64,000 nt of DNA from an uncultured Methylomirabilota bacterium (GTDB lineage Bacteria; Methylomirabilota; Methylomirabilia; Methylomirabilales; 2-02-FULL-66-22): NCBI GenBank assembly GCA_963705305.1, contig OY970067.1, positions 64,001-128,000 on the forward strand, read 5' to 3'. A model generated the notes under the pieces. It made no database searches and was not told the DNA's origin. It saw only the letters and a list, made by a program, of their open reading frames with translations. Of the stretch, positions 52,019 through 62,048 are shown one piece after another (position 1 is the stretch's first letter; the number at the start of each line of letters is the position of its first letter). The position numbers and the translations under genes are program-made.

Positions 52019-52762
52019 ATGGATGGGATCCTGCAGCCGCTGGTGCGGGGATGGGAGGAAACCATCGGTCACTTCAAGGACTCGCCCGGCTTCCGGCGGA
52101 CGGTTGTTTTCTTCCTCCTGCTCTTGGTGGCCTGGCTCGATTACGTCACGGACCCGCGGATTACCTTCACCCCCTTCTACATCCTGATCCTGCTGGGCCT
52201 GGCCCTGTTCGAATCCTGGCAGGTCTGTCTGTTCTACTCCGGTCTGGCCGGGCTCCTGTTCCTGGCAGCCGATGTTCTCGGGACCCCCGACCCCGCCAGG
52301 CTAGTCTATCCTTACTGGAGCGCCATGGCCTGATTTTTCAGCTTCAGCCTGGCTTCCGTGTTCACCTCGCTGCTCGTCGGCGACCGGCGGCGAATGTGGC
52401 AGGCGGAGCAGGTTCTGCGCGACAGGGGCCAGGAGCTGGAGGAGAAGAACAGGCGGCTGGGGGAAACCCTGCGGGAGCTCCGCATGCTCCAGGCGGACCT
52501 GGTGAGACAGGAGCGACGAGCCGCCGCGGCCGAATCGATCTCCGCCACGACCTACGAGATCGAGCGGCCCTTTGCCTCCATCTCCATCTACGTGGAGGAG
52601 CTGCAGCGCGTCTCGTCGCTGCGCGACTCCGGGAAGGAGCCGCAGCTCATCCTCTACGACATGGAGCCGCTCCTGGAGAAGCTCCAGGAGCGGCTCCGCA
52701 GCCTGGAAGAGATCCTGGAGAGCATCCGCGCCATGCGGAAAAGGGCCACCGGATCCGGATAG
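52019..52762 (+). pseudogene. Membrane sensor-like protein with degenerate HisKA-like tail, split by in-frame TGA at 52331-52333
   Basis: ORFs 52019-52333 and 52358-52762 are in the same frame and hydrophobic sequence continues across the stop (WSAMA*FFSFSLASVF); coiled coil then TYEIERPFASI. Confidence 0.65.
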
Positions 52763-52945
52763 GCCGGGGGCTGAGACGGCATTGCGAGAGCCCTGCGCGG
52801 GCTCATTCGGAGCCTAGGAGAGAGCATCCCCCGAGCTGGCCAGCGACCGCGATCTCTCGACGACCGATCCCCGCCACAGGGCATCCAAGCTCCCCGGGCG
52901 GGGATCGGCGCCGGAGACTCTGTCTCCGGTTCGGGTGCGGCAGGC

Positions 52946-53356
52946 TTATGCCTGTCCGGCCCGATGCAGAGCGAGGGTCTTCTGGAGTTTCCCAAGGTAG
53001 TCCTGCCGCGGTGGAGTGAAGATATCGATGGCCTTACAGTCCACCTCGCGGATGTATCCCCCATGCTCGATGTTCGAGGGGAGGACGATCACATCTCCTT
53101 TCTTCACGCGGTAGAGCTTTCCCTCGATGATCTCGTCCATGTATCCCTCAACGACGATCATGATCTGCTCGGCCTCATGACGATGCGGCGGGAAGACAGA
53201 GTTGGCCGACATGGTCAGGAAACTCACCAAGGCCCGCTCGCCCGAGATGATGTGGCTGGTGGTCCCAGGGACCAGCTCGGTGAGAGGTATATCGGGGTAA
53301 TGAGTGATCCGTCGCTTGAATTCTTCCTCGGTGGCGTACGGCTCGGTTCCGGGCAT
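52946..53356 (-). CDS. Cupin-domain protein
   Basis: P.HRHEAEQ....EG, GDV...PSN.EHG, DIF.PPR.DY. Confidence 0.9.
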   Translation of the reverse strand: MPGTEPYATEEEFKRRITHYPDIPLTELVPGTTSHIISGERALVSFLTMSANSVFPPHRHEAEQIMIVVEGYMDEIIEGKLYRVKKGDVIVLPSNIEHGGYIREVDCKAIDIFTPPRQDYLGKLQKTLALHRAGQA

Positions 53357-53439
53357 CGTTCGTTTCCTCCATAGGAGCGTCCACCTGTTAGAGATACCTG
53401 CCGGCTCGCCCTGGTTCACCAGATGGGGTCGCGGAGCCC

Positions 53440-54420
53440 TTAGGGGCGGACGCGATTGGGCGGGGGCTCACCCAGCAGGACAGCGCGGGCGTTTTCGGAC
53501 GCGATCTTGCGGCATTCCTGCAATGAGGTCTCCGAAACATAGGCTATGTGCGGTGTGATGAGACAGTTCTCCAGGCTGAAGAGGGGGCTTCCTCCGGGAG
53601 TCCAATTCTCCAGCTTTGCAGGCTCCTCTTCGATGTCATCCAAGCCCGCCGAAGCGATCCATCCTTCCGCCAGCGCACGATAGAGCGCGCGGTTGTCTAC
53701 GATCTTGCCGCGGGCACAATTGACCAGGACCGCGTGCCGTCGCATTTGCCGGAGGGCACTCTCGTTGACCAGATGATGCGTCTCCGGGGTATACGGGCAC
53801 ATGATATTGACCACGTCCGACCCCGTGAAGATCTCCTCCAGGCGAGCCGCGCGGACCCCGCAGCTGCTCATGAAGCCGGCGGATACGTACGGGTCGAACG
53901 CAAGGAGGGAGAAACCGAAGGCCGCAAGCTTCCGGGCGATATTTTGCGCGATGCGCCCGAAGCCGATGAATCCCCAGACCATTCCGCGGAATCGGATGAC
54001 CGGACCCCCGCCAGCGCTCCAATGCCATTGTCCGTTGCGGCATGCCCTTGCATACATAGGGATTCGGCGAATCAGCAGGAACCCCATGGAGATGGTGTGG
54101 TCCGCAACCTCATCGAGGCAATAATCTGGAACGTTGGTGACGACCATGCCATGTTCGTAGGCAGCCTGGACATCCACGATATCCACCCCGATCCCATAGC
54201 GGCAGATGGCCTTGCACCGTTTCAGCCTTGCAATCGTCTCGCGGGGAATCTTCGCGTACTGCTGGAGAATCACATCGGCATCCGCAGCTTGCTCGGCCAG
54301 CCCTGCCCCCGTCCGGCATTGCAGGCCGATGACCACCGCGCCGATGGGATCGAGCACGCTCTGTTCGATGGCCAGATCGGGATAGTCGTAATCGCTGACG
54401 TACACCTTATAGGTCGGCAT
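53440..54420 (-). CDS. D-isomer-specific 2-hydroxyacid dehydrogenase (CtBP/SerA-like)
   Basis: RYGIGVD.VD, NVPDYC..EVADH, GFGRI, VNCARG, GLD...EP, ITPH.A. Confidence 0.93.
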   Translation of the reverse strand: MPTYKVYVSDYDYPDLAIEQSVLDPIGAVVIGLQCRTGAGLAEQAADADVILQQYAKIPRETIARLKRCKAICRYGIGVDIVDVQAAYEHGMVVTNVPDYCLDEVADHTISMGFLLIRRIPMYARACRNGQWHWSAGGGPVIRFRGMVWGFIGFGRIAQNIARKLAAFGFSLLAFDPYVSAGFMSSCGVRAARLEEIFTGSDVVNIMCPYTPETHHLVNESALRQMRRHAVLVNCARGKIVDNRALYRALAEGWIASAGLDDIEEEPAKLENWTPGGSPLFSLENCLITPHIAYVSETSLQECRKIASENARAVLLGEPPPNRVRP

Positions 54421-54522
54421 TCCTCACCACTCCATTCCAGCCGCTCTGGGATCCTCGCATCCCCTCGAACGAGCCCACAGCTCTTCCCGAACGCAACTAT
54501 CCCCCGAACCGCCGGGTGGAAT

Positions 54523-55805
54523 TCAATGAGTGAACAGCCGGGGCACAAACAAGACCAGGCCCGGCCAGAAGGTGCAGACGAGCAGGGCCGCGATTAAGCT
54601 CACGAGGAAGGGCCAGAGGGCCTGGATCGTGGTCTCCTCGATCGTCACCCCGCCGATCTTGCAGGTGACGAACAGCGCGGGGCCGAGCGGCGGGTGAATC
54701 AGCCCGATGGCCAGGTTGACCGCCATGATGATCCCGAAGTGGACCGGGTCGACGCCCAGCTTGGTGACCACCGGCAGCAGAATTGGAACAAGAATGATGC
54801 AGGCCGCCGAGAATCTCCATGAACGAACCGGAAATCAGCAACAGCACGTTGATGATCAAGAGAATCGGGTAGACACTATGGAATAGTGACAAGGCCATGG
54901 TGGTCACCCGGACTGGGATGTCGTACATGACCACGAGAACGGAGAAGAGTTTGGCGGCAGCAATGATGAAAAGCACCATCCCGGTGACGACCCCTGCCCG
55001 TTGGCAGATGGCGGGAATCTGCTTGAGCGGCAAGGTGCGGGTCCAGAACCCAAGACAGACGCTGTAGACCACGGCCACACACGCGGCCTCCGTCGGGGTG
55101 CAGATCCCGAACGCGATCCCCCCCACGATGATCCCGGGCATCATCAGGGCCGGCAGCGCTCGCCAGAAGGACGCCAGAATCGCGCCCACGGAGAGCGTGG
55201 CCGCCCGCCGGGGGAAGTGGCGCCGCCTGGCCTGGACGTGGACCGTGACACCCAACGCCAGCCCCATGAGCAGGCCGGGGACGACCCCGGCGATGAGGAG
55301 GCTCGCGATCGAACGTCGAGGCGGCGACGCCGTACACAACGAGGATGATGGAGGGGGGGATGATGGGGCCGATCGCCGAGGCCGCGGCGACCAACGCCGT
55401 GGCATAGGTAGCCGGATACCCCTCCTTTTTCATGGCCGGGATGAGGACGGAGCCGACGGCGGCCGCGTCCGCCACGGCGGCCCCGGTTACGCCGGCGAAG
55501 AAGACACAGGTCGCGATGGAGACCTGGGCGAGGGCACCGGGAATGCGCCCGAGCAAGACCATGGCGAAATCCACCAGCCGGCGGGAGATGCCGGTCTCGA
55601 CCATGATCTCGCCCGCGAGGATAAAAAACGGGATGGCCATCAAGGGGAAGGAATCCAGTCCCATGAACATGTACTGCGGCACCGCGTTGAGCGGGAGGCT
55701 CCCATCCACCACGAGGAGGACCAGGGAGGTCAGTCCCAGGCAGAAGCCGATAGGATGCCCAATCAGCAGGAGGCTGAAGAACACCACGACCAGGAGGGTG
55801 ATCAT
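54523..55805 (-). pseudogene. dctM: TRAP transporter large permease with two +1 frameshifts
   Basis: FPLMAIPFFILAG, GAAVADAAA, IIPPS, AG..PG, TPTEA, GVDPVHFG, G..HPP.G distributed over three frames; extra base near 55312 and near 54812. Confidence 0.85.
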
Positions 55806-55815
55806 TCCGGTCCTC

Positions 55816-55857
55816 CGAGGTGCCCCGGGGCGGCGCGGCTCGCCCCGGGGCACCTCG
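55816..55857 (-). terminator. Stem-loop between dctP and dctM
   Basis: CGAGGTGCCCCGGGGCG-N8-CGCCCCGGGGCACCTCG, perfect 17-bp stem. Confidence 0.6.
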
Positions 55858-55884
55858 TCTCACCACCGCAGGCGGAGCGGGGAG

Positions 55885-56880
55885 CTACTTGCCGACCGCC
55901 TCCAGCCACTTGTCGACCACACCCTGGCCGATCGTGGCTGCCTGCTCCGCGTACACGGGTTGACACGCCCGGCGGAAGGCTGCCAGCTGGTCTTTCGCGA
56001 CCTCGTTGACCTTCATCTTGGTCTTCAGCTCCGCCAGCTGCACCTGCTCGTCCTTCTGGGCTTCGGTCCGCTGCCAGGCGATTACCTCCTTGGCCACGGC
56101 GCGGAGCACCGCCTGGTCCTCCTTGGGCAGGGCGTCGAAGAACTTCTTGTTCATGAAGTAGATGTTTGGATCATAGGTGTGCCCGGTGAGGGAGAGGAAT
56201 TTCTGGACTTCGTAGAATTTGGAGCCGTAGATGTTGACGACCGGGTTCTCCTGTGCGTCGACCACCCCCTGCTGCAAGGCCGGGTAGAGCTCAGCCCAGG
56301 GAATGGCGGTCGGCAGGGCGCCGAGCGCCTTGAAGGTCGAGATGAAGACCGGGCTCGGCATGACTCGGATCTTGATGCCTCGGAGATCTTCGGGCTTCGT
56401 GATAGGCCGGACATTATTGGTGACATGGCGAATACCATTCTCCGGGTAGCCAAGACCCACCAGGCCGTGCTGCTCTAGTCTGGCCAGCAGCTCCGTGCCG
56501 AGCGGCCCGTCCAAGAGGGCGTACCATTGCGCCCGATTGGTGAAGAGGTAGGGCAGATTCAGGACGCCGAAGGCTGGCTCAATCCCGAAAATGGGGGCCA
56601 GCGCGGCGTCGACCATGGTCTGCGTCCCTACCTGGACCGCTTCCATCGCCTCGCGGCCCCCGCCGAGGACCGCGCCAGTGTAGAGCTTGACCGCCACCTC
56701 GCCCTTCGTCCGCTCCTCGACCAGCTTGGCGAACATCCGCTCGGCCTTGGTCAGGTTGTGGCTCTCGGGCATGGGGCCGTTGAAGATGATGGTATACTTG
56801 CCTGCTGCCCAGGCGTCGGGAGCGATCAGGAAGAGTGCGGCAACTAGTAGGCACAGGATACTCGTGAATTTCTTCGGCAT
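55885..56880 (-). CDS. dctP: TRAP transporter substrate-binding protein
   Basis: Signal peptide; LPYLF, ENG.RH, DL.G.KIRV, ELY.ALQQGVVDAQENP, EVQK.L.LTGH. Confidence 0.94.
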   Translation of the reverse strand: MPKKFTSILCLLVAALFLIAPDAWAAGKYTIIFNGPMPESHNLTKAERMFAKLVEERTKGEVAVKLYTGAVLGGGREAMEAVQVGTQTMVDAALAPIFGIEPAFGVLNLPYLFTNRAQWYALLDGPLGTELLARLEQHGLVGLGYPENGIRHVTNNVRPITKPEDLRGIKIRVMPSPVFISTFKALGALPTAIPWAELYPALQQGVVDAQENPVVNIYGSKFYEVQKFLSLTGHTYDPNIYFMNKKFFDALPKEDQAVLRAVAKEVIAWQRTEAQKDEQVQLAELKTKMKVNEVAKDQLAAFRRACQPVYAEQAATIGQGVVDKWLEAVGK

Positions 56881-56893
56881 GACTCTCCTCCTC

Positions 56894-57391
56894 TCAGGAC
56901 GATTCCCCGGATGATGGCCCCGCTTCGCCCACGCCAAACGCCAGGGCCAAGAACTGGATGAACATCAGCCCGCCGCCAACCGGCATCGCCAGATACGGCC
57001 AGACCATGGAGATGCGCAGGGTAGGAGATTTCTGAGGGACGACGGCAAGGGCGTGGACCACCCCCCAGTAGACGAGGAAAGCCAGGAAGAGGAACAGGAG
57101 GCCAGAATTGAGGTACCCGACCGCTTTCCGAACACCGGTCGGGGCGAGATTGATGAGGGCCCCCATGGCTGCGTGGGCCTTCTCCCGCGCGGCCAGGGCC
57201 GCCGAGAGCATGGCCAGCCAGATCATGATGTAGGTGGCGAGCTCCTCACTGCCAATCAGTGGGAGCCGGAGACAGTAGCGAAAGACGACTTCCAGGGTGA
57301 TGGTCACGGTGATGGCGATAGTCAAAACAACCACCAGGACCCGGGTCAGCTTGTCGGCGGCGTCGGCTACATAGGCGAGCCAACGGACCAT
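56894..57391 (-). CDS. dctQ: TRAP transporter small permease
   Basis: EV.FRY, SEELA.Y.MIW, SP.L.ISM...Y.A.P.G; four TM segments. Confidence 0.88.
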   Translation of the reverse strand: MVRWLAYVADAADKLTRVLVVVLTIAITVTITLEVVFRYCLRLPLIGSEELATYIMIWLAMLSAALAAREKAHAAMGALINLAPTGVRKAVGYLNSGLLFLFLAFLVYWGVVHALAVVPQKSPTLRISMVWPYLAMPVGGGLMFIQFLALAFGVGEAGPSSGESS

Positions 57392-57703
57392 ACGGGCCTC
57401 GTTCCCCGCATTGACCGGATCGCCCAGAGGAGGGTCAGGCGCCGAACCTGTCGCGGGGAGGACAATTCCTAGAGTCGGCGCCTTTCCTGCAGCACACCAC
57501 AGAGTGTTGCGTACCGCCCGAATATTGCGGCACCGCAACCGTCCCAAGAAATCTCACACCCACCCCGCCCCCGACCTCTTCAGACGCGACCCTGGGGGAG
57601 GTCCAATTGACAGGAGATCACCCCTTGTAATATGGTAAGAGTCCTGTTTTCCTGTCCAATACCAAATAAGCGGCGACTAATGCCGGAGAGGTATCACCGC
57701 CCC

Positions 57704-58606
57704 GTGGAGCTTCGCCATCTTCGCTTCTTCGTAACGGTTGCCGAGGAGCTGCACTTCTCTCGCGCGGCGGAACGCCTTCGCACCAGCCAACCATACGTTA
57801 CGCGCCAAATCCACGATCTTGAAAGGGAAATAGGCGTGCCGCTTCTGTCGCGCACGAAGCGGCGCGTGGAGTTGACCGAGGCCGGGCGCGCATTCTACCA
57901 GGAGGCGCGACGCGCGGTCGAACAGACCGAGCGCTCGGTACAGGCCGCCCAGAAGGTCGCCAGAGGAGAGCGCGGGCATCTCAGCGTTGGATTCGCCAAC
58001 GCAGAGCTGATCCCGGACGTCCTTCGTGCGTTCCGACAGCGTTATCCAGAGGTCGAGCTGGAGGTGCAGGAGCTGACGACGGCCGAGCAGGTTCGGGCGT
58101 TGCGGGACGGTCGGCTTCATGCGGGTATCCTTGTCCCCGGAGTCGAGGATGAGCTCCTTTGCATTGAGATAATCCGCGAGGAGCCCCTCGTCGCCGTCCT
58201 ACCAGAGAGCCACGCCTTGCTGCGGGAGCGCAGCGTCCCCCTCCAGGCGCTCGCCTCGGAGTCTTTCATTCTCTGCCCGTACCGCCTGAATCCTCACGTC
58301 TATGAGCGTATTCTAGCCTTGTGCAAGGGGGCCGGCTTCACCCCAAGGGTGGTGGAGGAAGCGTCGCCAAAACAGACCATCCTCGGTCTGGTTGCCGCGG
58401 GCCTGGGCGTTTCCCTGGTTGCCGCATCGGTTCAGCAAAGTAGACGGACAGGGGTAGCTTACCGGCCCCTGCGCGGCATACACCCCACCGTCGAAGTGGC
58501 CGTGGCGTGGCGCAAGGACGAAAAGTCCCCAGCCCTGCAGGTGTTTCTCTCGGTGGTCCGAGAGTTTGCACGCACTCCAATACCGGCGAAGCGCCTCGCC
58601 TCGTAG
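57704..58606 (+). CDS. LysR-family transcriptional regulator
   Basis: ELRHLRFF..VAEELHFSRAA.RL..SQP..TRQI.DLE, LV.AG.GV; start may be ATG 57680. Confidence 0.95.
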   Translation: MELRHLRFFVTVAEELHFSRAAERLRTSQPYVTRQIHDLEREIGVPLLSRTKRRVELTEAGRAFYQEARRAVEQTERSVQAAQKVARGERGHLSVGFANAELIPDVLRAFRQRYPEVELEVQELTTAEQVRALRDGRLHAGILVPGVEDELLCIEIIREEPLVAVLPESHALLRERSVPLQALASESFILCPYRLNPHVYERILALCKGAGFTPRVVEEASPKQTILGLVAAGLGVSLVAASVQQSRRTGVAYRPLRGIHPTVEVAVAWRKDEKSPALQVFLSVVREFARTPIPAKRLAS

Positions 58607-58717
58607 TGGGGCAGGCGCATCGGCCGGACGCTGAAGTTTTTCTCGATTGACGAGCGGAAGAAAGACCCGCGCGGAATAAGGCCAACCGATCCGGATGGGC
58701 CGCGGGCCAAGCGGGGA

Positions 58718-59368
58718 TTACCGGCGGAGACGGGGAGCCGCGGCGCGCGTCAGGGCGACGACGGCCGAAACGATGTCGGCGGTGGACTTGCCGGTGCGGA
58801 GGGCCCGGGCCAGCCGGCGACCGCGCAGGACGTCCTGGCGAGCCGGCTGCGGAAGCGACAGGGTCTTCCCTGGCCGCCAGGCGCGGAAGAGCTGGGCAAA
58901 CGCGTAGGCGATCTCCGGGATAGTGGAGACCTTCACGAAGTTCCCCAGACCGGCTACCAGAGGATTGTCGTTGCCCTGGATGAGGCTCCGGCTGTCGGAT
59001 TTGTAGAGGACAATCGGCTTTCCCGCCAGCCAGGACGCGGACGCCTCGGCCACGGCCCCCTCGTCGGGCACCCGCCCGTTCAGATTCAGGACCAGCCCCT
59101 CACAGGCCTCCAGGACCTCGTACATGTCCAGCCAGAAGATGGCCTGCTGGGCCATCCGCGACGCCTCGCCAACGTCGTACCCTCCCCGCAGAAGCTCCCC
59201 GGACAGCTCCGCGAAGAGGAATCCGTCTCGGTGGGGCAGGAATGTTGTGAAGCCGGCATGTTCCAGGGCTCGCGAGATCTCGGCCATCTCTACCTGCTCG
59301 GACCGATTGAACAGCGGTCCGGCGCAGTAGATCCGATGCCGGGGCTGGACTTTTCTGGATGTGGTCAT
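58718..59368 (-). CDS. Nucleoside 2-deoxyribosyltransferase-like protein
   Basis: IY.AGPLF..SE, FLPH.DG, IF.LD, L.G..PDEG...E, GKP. Confidence 0.85.
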   Translation of the reverse strand: MTTSRKVQPRHRIYCAGPLFNRSEQVEMAEISRALEHAGFTTFLPHRDGFLFAELSGELLRGGYDVGEASRMAQQAIFWLDMYEVLEACEGLVLNLNGRVPDEGAVAEASASWLAGKPIVLYKSDSRSLIQGNDNPLVAGLGNFVKVSTIPEIAYAFAQLFRAWRPGKTLSLPQPARQDVLRGRRLARALRTGKSTADIVSAVVALTRAAAPRLRR

Positions 59369-59428
59369 GGCTCGTTCCTGCCCGGGTGCGCCCCCGGCTG
59401 TCCGCGCATCCGTGGCGCGAGATTTCGG

Positions 59429-60097
59429 TCAGTTGTGGCGGCCGGAGGCCCGCTCGGCGGGAGCATTGCGATCGGAGAGGTGGGCCAGGACCTTGACGAG
59501 GTGGTCCTGGATGAGATCCAGCCGGGCCGAGACATCGACCGTCTCCAGGACCTGCTGTCGCTTTTCCGTGTCGGGAATGGCGGCGCCCGCCATCCGATCC
59601 ACGATGATGCCGGGATCCTTCACGCCGCTGAAAATCTTCGCGACTTCCCCCTGCCCCTTCTGGACCTCCGCCAGGAGGCGCAGGTAGAACACCTTCAGTC
59701 GCTCCAGCCGGGGCGCCAGCACCCCCGGCCCCTCTTTGGGATAGCGATCCGGCAGCGGCCGAGCGCGGACGATCCGGAACGATTTCTCCGCCGGAAGCTC
59801 TTCTGCGATGCCCACACGCATCGTCCCGCGCAGCAGGATGTTGAAGCGCCCGTCCGCCAATTCTTCATGCTGGATGATCTCCCCCGCTCCCGCGACGGGA
59901 TAGACCGGAGGCCGGCCGTAGTAATCGCCCTCCCAGCCCGGGCGCAGCAGCGCCATGGCCAGCCGCCGATCGCCCGCCAGGCACTCGCGGACCATCTCGC
60001 GATAGCGCGGCTCAAAGATATGCAGGGGCAGCAGCGTATGGGGGAAAAGCACCACGTCGGGCAGGGGGAAGATCGGTATTCGGATTACGGCATTCAT
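59429..60097 (-). CDS. Stand-alone LON peptidase N-terminal (substrate-binding) domain protein
   Basis: IPIFPL..VVLFP...LPLHIFEPRY..M, DGR.NI...G; no ATPase or protease domain. Confidence 0.92.
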   Translation of the reverse strand: MNAVIRIPIFPLPDVVLFPHTLLPLHIFEPRYREMVRECLAGDRRLAMALLRPGWEGDYYGRPPVYPVAGAGEIIQHEELADGRFNILLRGTMRVGIAEELPAEKSFRIVRARPLPDRYPKEGPGVLAPRLERLKVFYLRLLAEVQKGQGEVAKIFSGVKDPGIIVDRMAGAAIPDTEKRQQVLETVDVSARLDLIQDHLVKVLAHLSDRNAPAERASGRHN

Positions 60098-60203
60098 GGG
60101 CGGTCCGCGCGAGCCATTCCTTTCGATCCGGTCGAATCTCCGGTCCTCTTGGGAGGACTAGAGTACCACGAATACCTGTTTCAGTGAAGCCGCGTGAGAG
60201 CTA

Positions 60204-61723
60204 CCCTAATCTCCGGCTAAGCGGTGGCCAGCCGGGCGATCTTGCGCCGCGCCCGGACGAGCAAGGCGTGCTGCAGGGCGCCCGAGAGCCGCAAGAGCGT
60301 CCGTCGGGCATGCGCGACGACCTTCCCGACGGTGTTGAACAGCAGGAACCGGAGACGCTTCGGCCGGGCGGTCCGGAGATCTCCGGGTAAGGTCAACCGC
60401 TTGAGCGCGGTGAGCAGGTTGTAGGTGAGCACGTTCAGCCGGAACCAGGCGGCGTTCGCCCCGAACTTCCCACTGGGCAGCGCGGCGGCCGCCAGCTCGG
60501 TCTTGAGGACGTGATGGGTGTGCTCGATGGTCCCTGCTTTCTCCCGGTGCCACCGGAGGATCGTGAGCCCATCCTCCGGCCGATTGGTGACCACGGCGAA
60601 GTACTGCACGCTACTCCCGTCGGCGAAGAGGCTCCCCTGGCGTCGCTGGATACGCACCGCGAGGTAGCGGCGAACGCACGGCCGCGCCTTCCGGTGATCG
60701 CCATCCTCGGGGACGTAGGGGACTTCGGCCCAGGCCCGGATCGCCTCGGGCTCCTCCCGCTCGAGCTGCCAGGCGGCCGCGGGGAGGCGCCGGATCTCGG
60801 CCTGGAGCTGCGCGGACATATCGGCGCTAATCGCGTAGGCGATTTTCTTCTCCTCGCACCAGCGGAGGACCTCCGTCTCGTAGAGGGCGCTGTCGGCCCG
60901 CAGGGAGATGCGGTCCACGCCCTGGGGCAAGTTGGCCACCGCCTGTTCGAGGACGCGCACGTTGCCGCACCCGGCGGGCACCTGGCCATCGCGGAACTGG
61001 TCGTGCACGATGACATCGTGCTCGGCCCAGAGGACCACGACGGGCTGGTAGCCCCGGGTCCCGTCGTAGGCCACGGTCGCCGCGTCCTTGTGGCTCTCGA
61101 CGAGCGTCGCGTCCACATCCAGGGTGGCCGTCGCCGCCCGGGCCCCGCGCTGGACGCCCGCGACCAGCGTCCGGTTCGCCTGTCCGAGGCCCGCCAAGGG
61201 GGCGGACTCCAGGGGGACCGTGGCCGCGGGCCCGGCCACCCAGAGCGGCCCGTCCTCCACGTGGAAGGCCTCGAGGAAGTCCCGGACCGTGGTCGCGGCC
61301 GGCAGGGGGTAGCCGAGCAGCGTGGCCAGGGCCTGATCCTCCCGGAGCGTCGTGAGGTCCTGGCAGCGGTCCCCGCCGCTCGTCCACAACGCGACGAGAC
61401 TCTCCACGAGCTGCGAGGGGGGTAATCCGCGCTGCCGCTGCTTGACCGCAACGTGGGTGTCGACGGCCTGGGCCACCCCGAGCTGGCGGAACAGCTCGAT
61501 CACGAGCGGGACCCCGGCCCGGCCCGTGACCAGCGTGGGGTCGATCGCGTCATCGATCTCGAACGGCAACCGGGGCGAGGTGTCGGGCATCGCTCTCCTC
61601 CTTGTGGTGTTTGCACCCACTGGGTGAAACCAAGCAAGGCCGATGCCAACCCCGCGGGCCGCGCGCACTGCGGGCCGCTGCGTGATTCGCGATCCCCCTC
61701 AACTTCTTAGCCGGAGATTAGGG
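60204..61723 (-). mobile_element. Complete IS1380-family insertion sequence (1520 bp)
   Basis: Perfect 18-bp TIRs CCCTAATCTCCGGCTAAG (60204-60221; reverse complement at 61706-61723); 6-bp TSD GAGCTA (60198-60203, 61724-61729). Confidence 0.93.
60217..61590 (-). CDS. IS1380-family DDE transposase
   Basis: TLDVDAT, GYQP, FR.G, LRADSA.Y, E.....LK, PSG.F.AN.AW...L.YNL, RLRF.L; GGAGGAG SD; stop codon lies inside the TIR. Confidence 0.9.
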   Translation of the reverse strand: MPDTSPRLPFEIDDAIDPTLVTGRAGVPLVIELFRQLGVAQAVDTHVAVKQRQRGLPPSQLVESLVALWTSGGDRCQDLTTLREDQALATLLGYPLPAATTVRDFLEAFHVEDGPLWVAGPAATVPLESAPLAGLGQANRTLVAGVQRGARAATATLDVDATLVESHKDAATVAYDGTRGYQPVVVLWAEHDVIVHDQFRDGQVPAGCGNVRVLEQAVANLPQGVDRISLRADSALYETEVLRWCEEKKIAYAISADMSAQLQAEIRRLPAAAWQLEREEPEAIRAWAEVPYVPEDGDHRKARPCVRRYLAVRIQRRQGSLFADGSSVQYFAVVTNRPEDGLTILRWHREKAGTIEHTHHVLKTELAAAALPSGKFGANAAWFRLNVLTYNLLTALKRLTLPGDLRTARPKRLRFLLFNTVGKVVAHARRTLLRLSGALQHALLVRARRKIARLATA

Positions 61724-61884
61724 GAGCTAGCCCCTCTGCCCGGTCGCACATCCTGCTGGATCTGCTCGGCCGCCCGGCGAAGCCCGGACTCGTTCCGGGC
61801 CAGCATCGTCACCCGGGCCCCTTCGGCCGCCAGCCCCCTGGCCGCGGCCACGATGCCCACTCTTCCCCTCAGCCCCAGGTCCAT
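61724..61884 (-). pseudogene. Degraded SDR 5' remnant adjacent to the IS
   Basis: MDLGLRGRVGIVAAA/RGLAAEGARV.M.AR....L..AA is an SDR N-terminus lacking the GxGxxxA segment; truncated. Confidence 0.65.
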
Positions 61885-62019
61885 ACAACTCCCCCATCTC
61901 TTGGCCACCCGGCCGGCCTTCCCGGCTCAATCCCGGACCCGCGGTCCCGGCCAAAACGGGGCGCATTATACCCGCGCATCTCCATTCGTTCCAGGGAGAA
62001 ACGCGCCCGGCGGGGCGGT

Positions 62020-62048
62020 TTGACACTTCCGGGGGTTTCCCATATACT
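62020..62048 (+). promoter_or_regulatory. Near-consensus sigma70 promoter for kdgK-eda
   Basis: TTGACA-N17-TATACT. Confidence 0.75.

Noticed and set aside
52331..52333. In-frame TGA as selenocysteine
   Set aside because: No SECIS-like hairpin immediately downstream and the position is in a membrane segment without redox context
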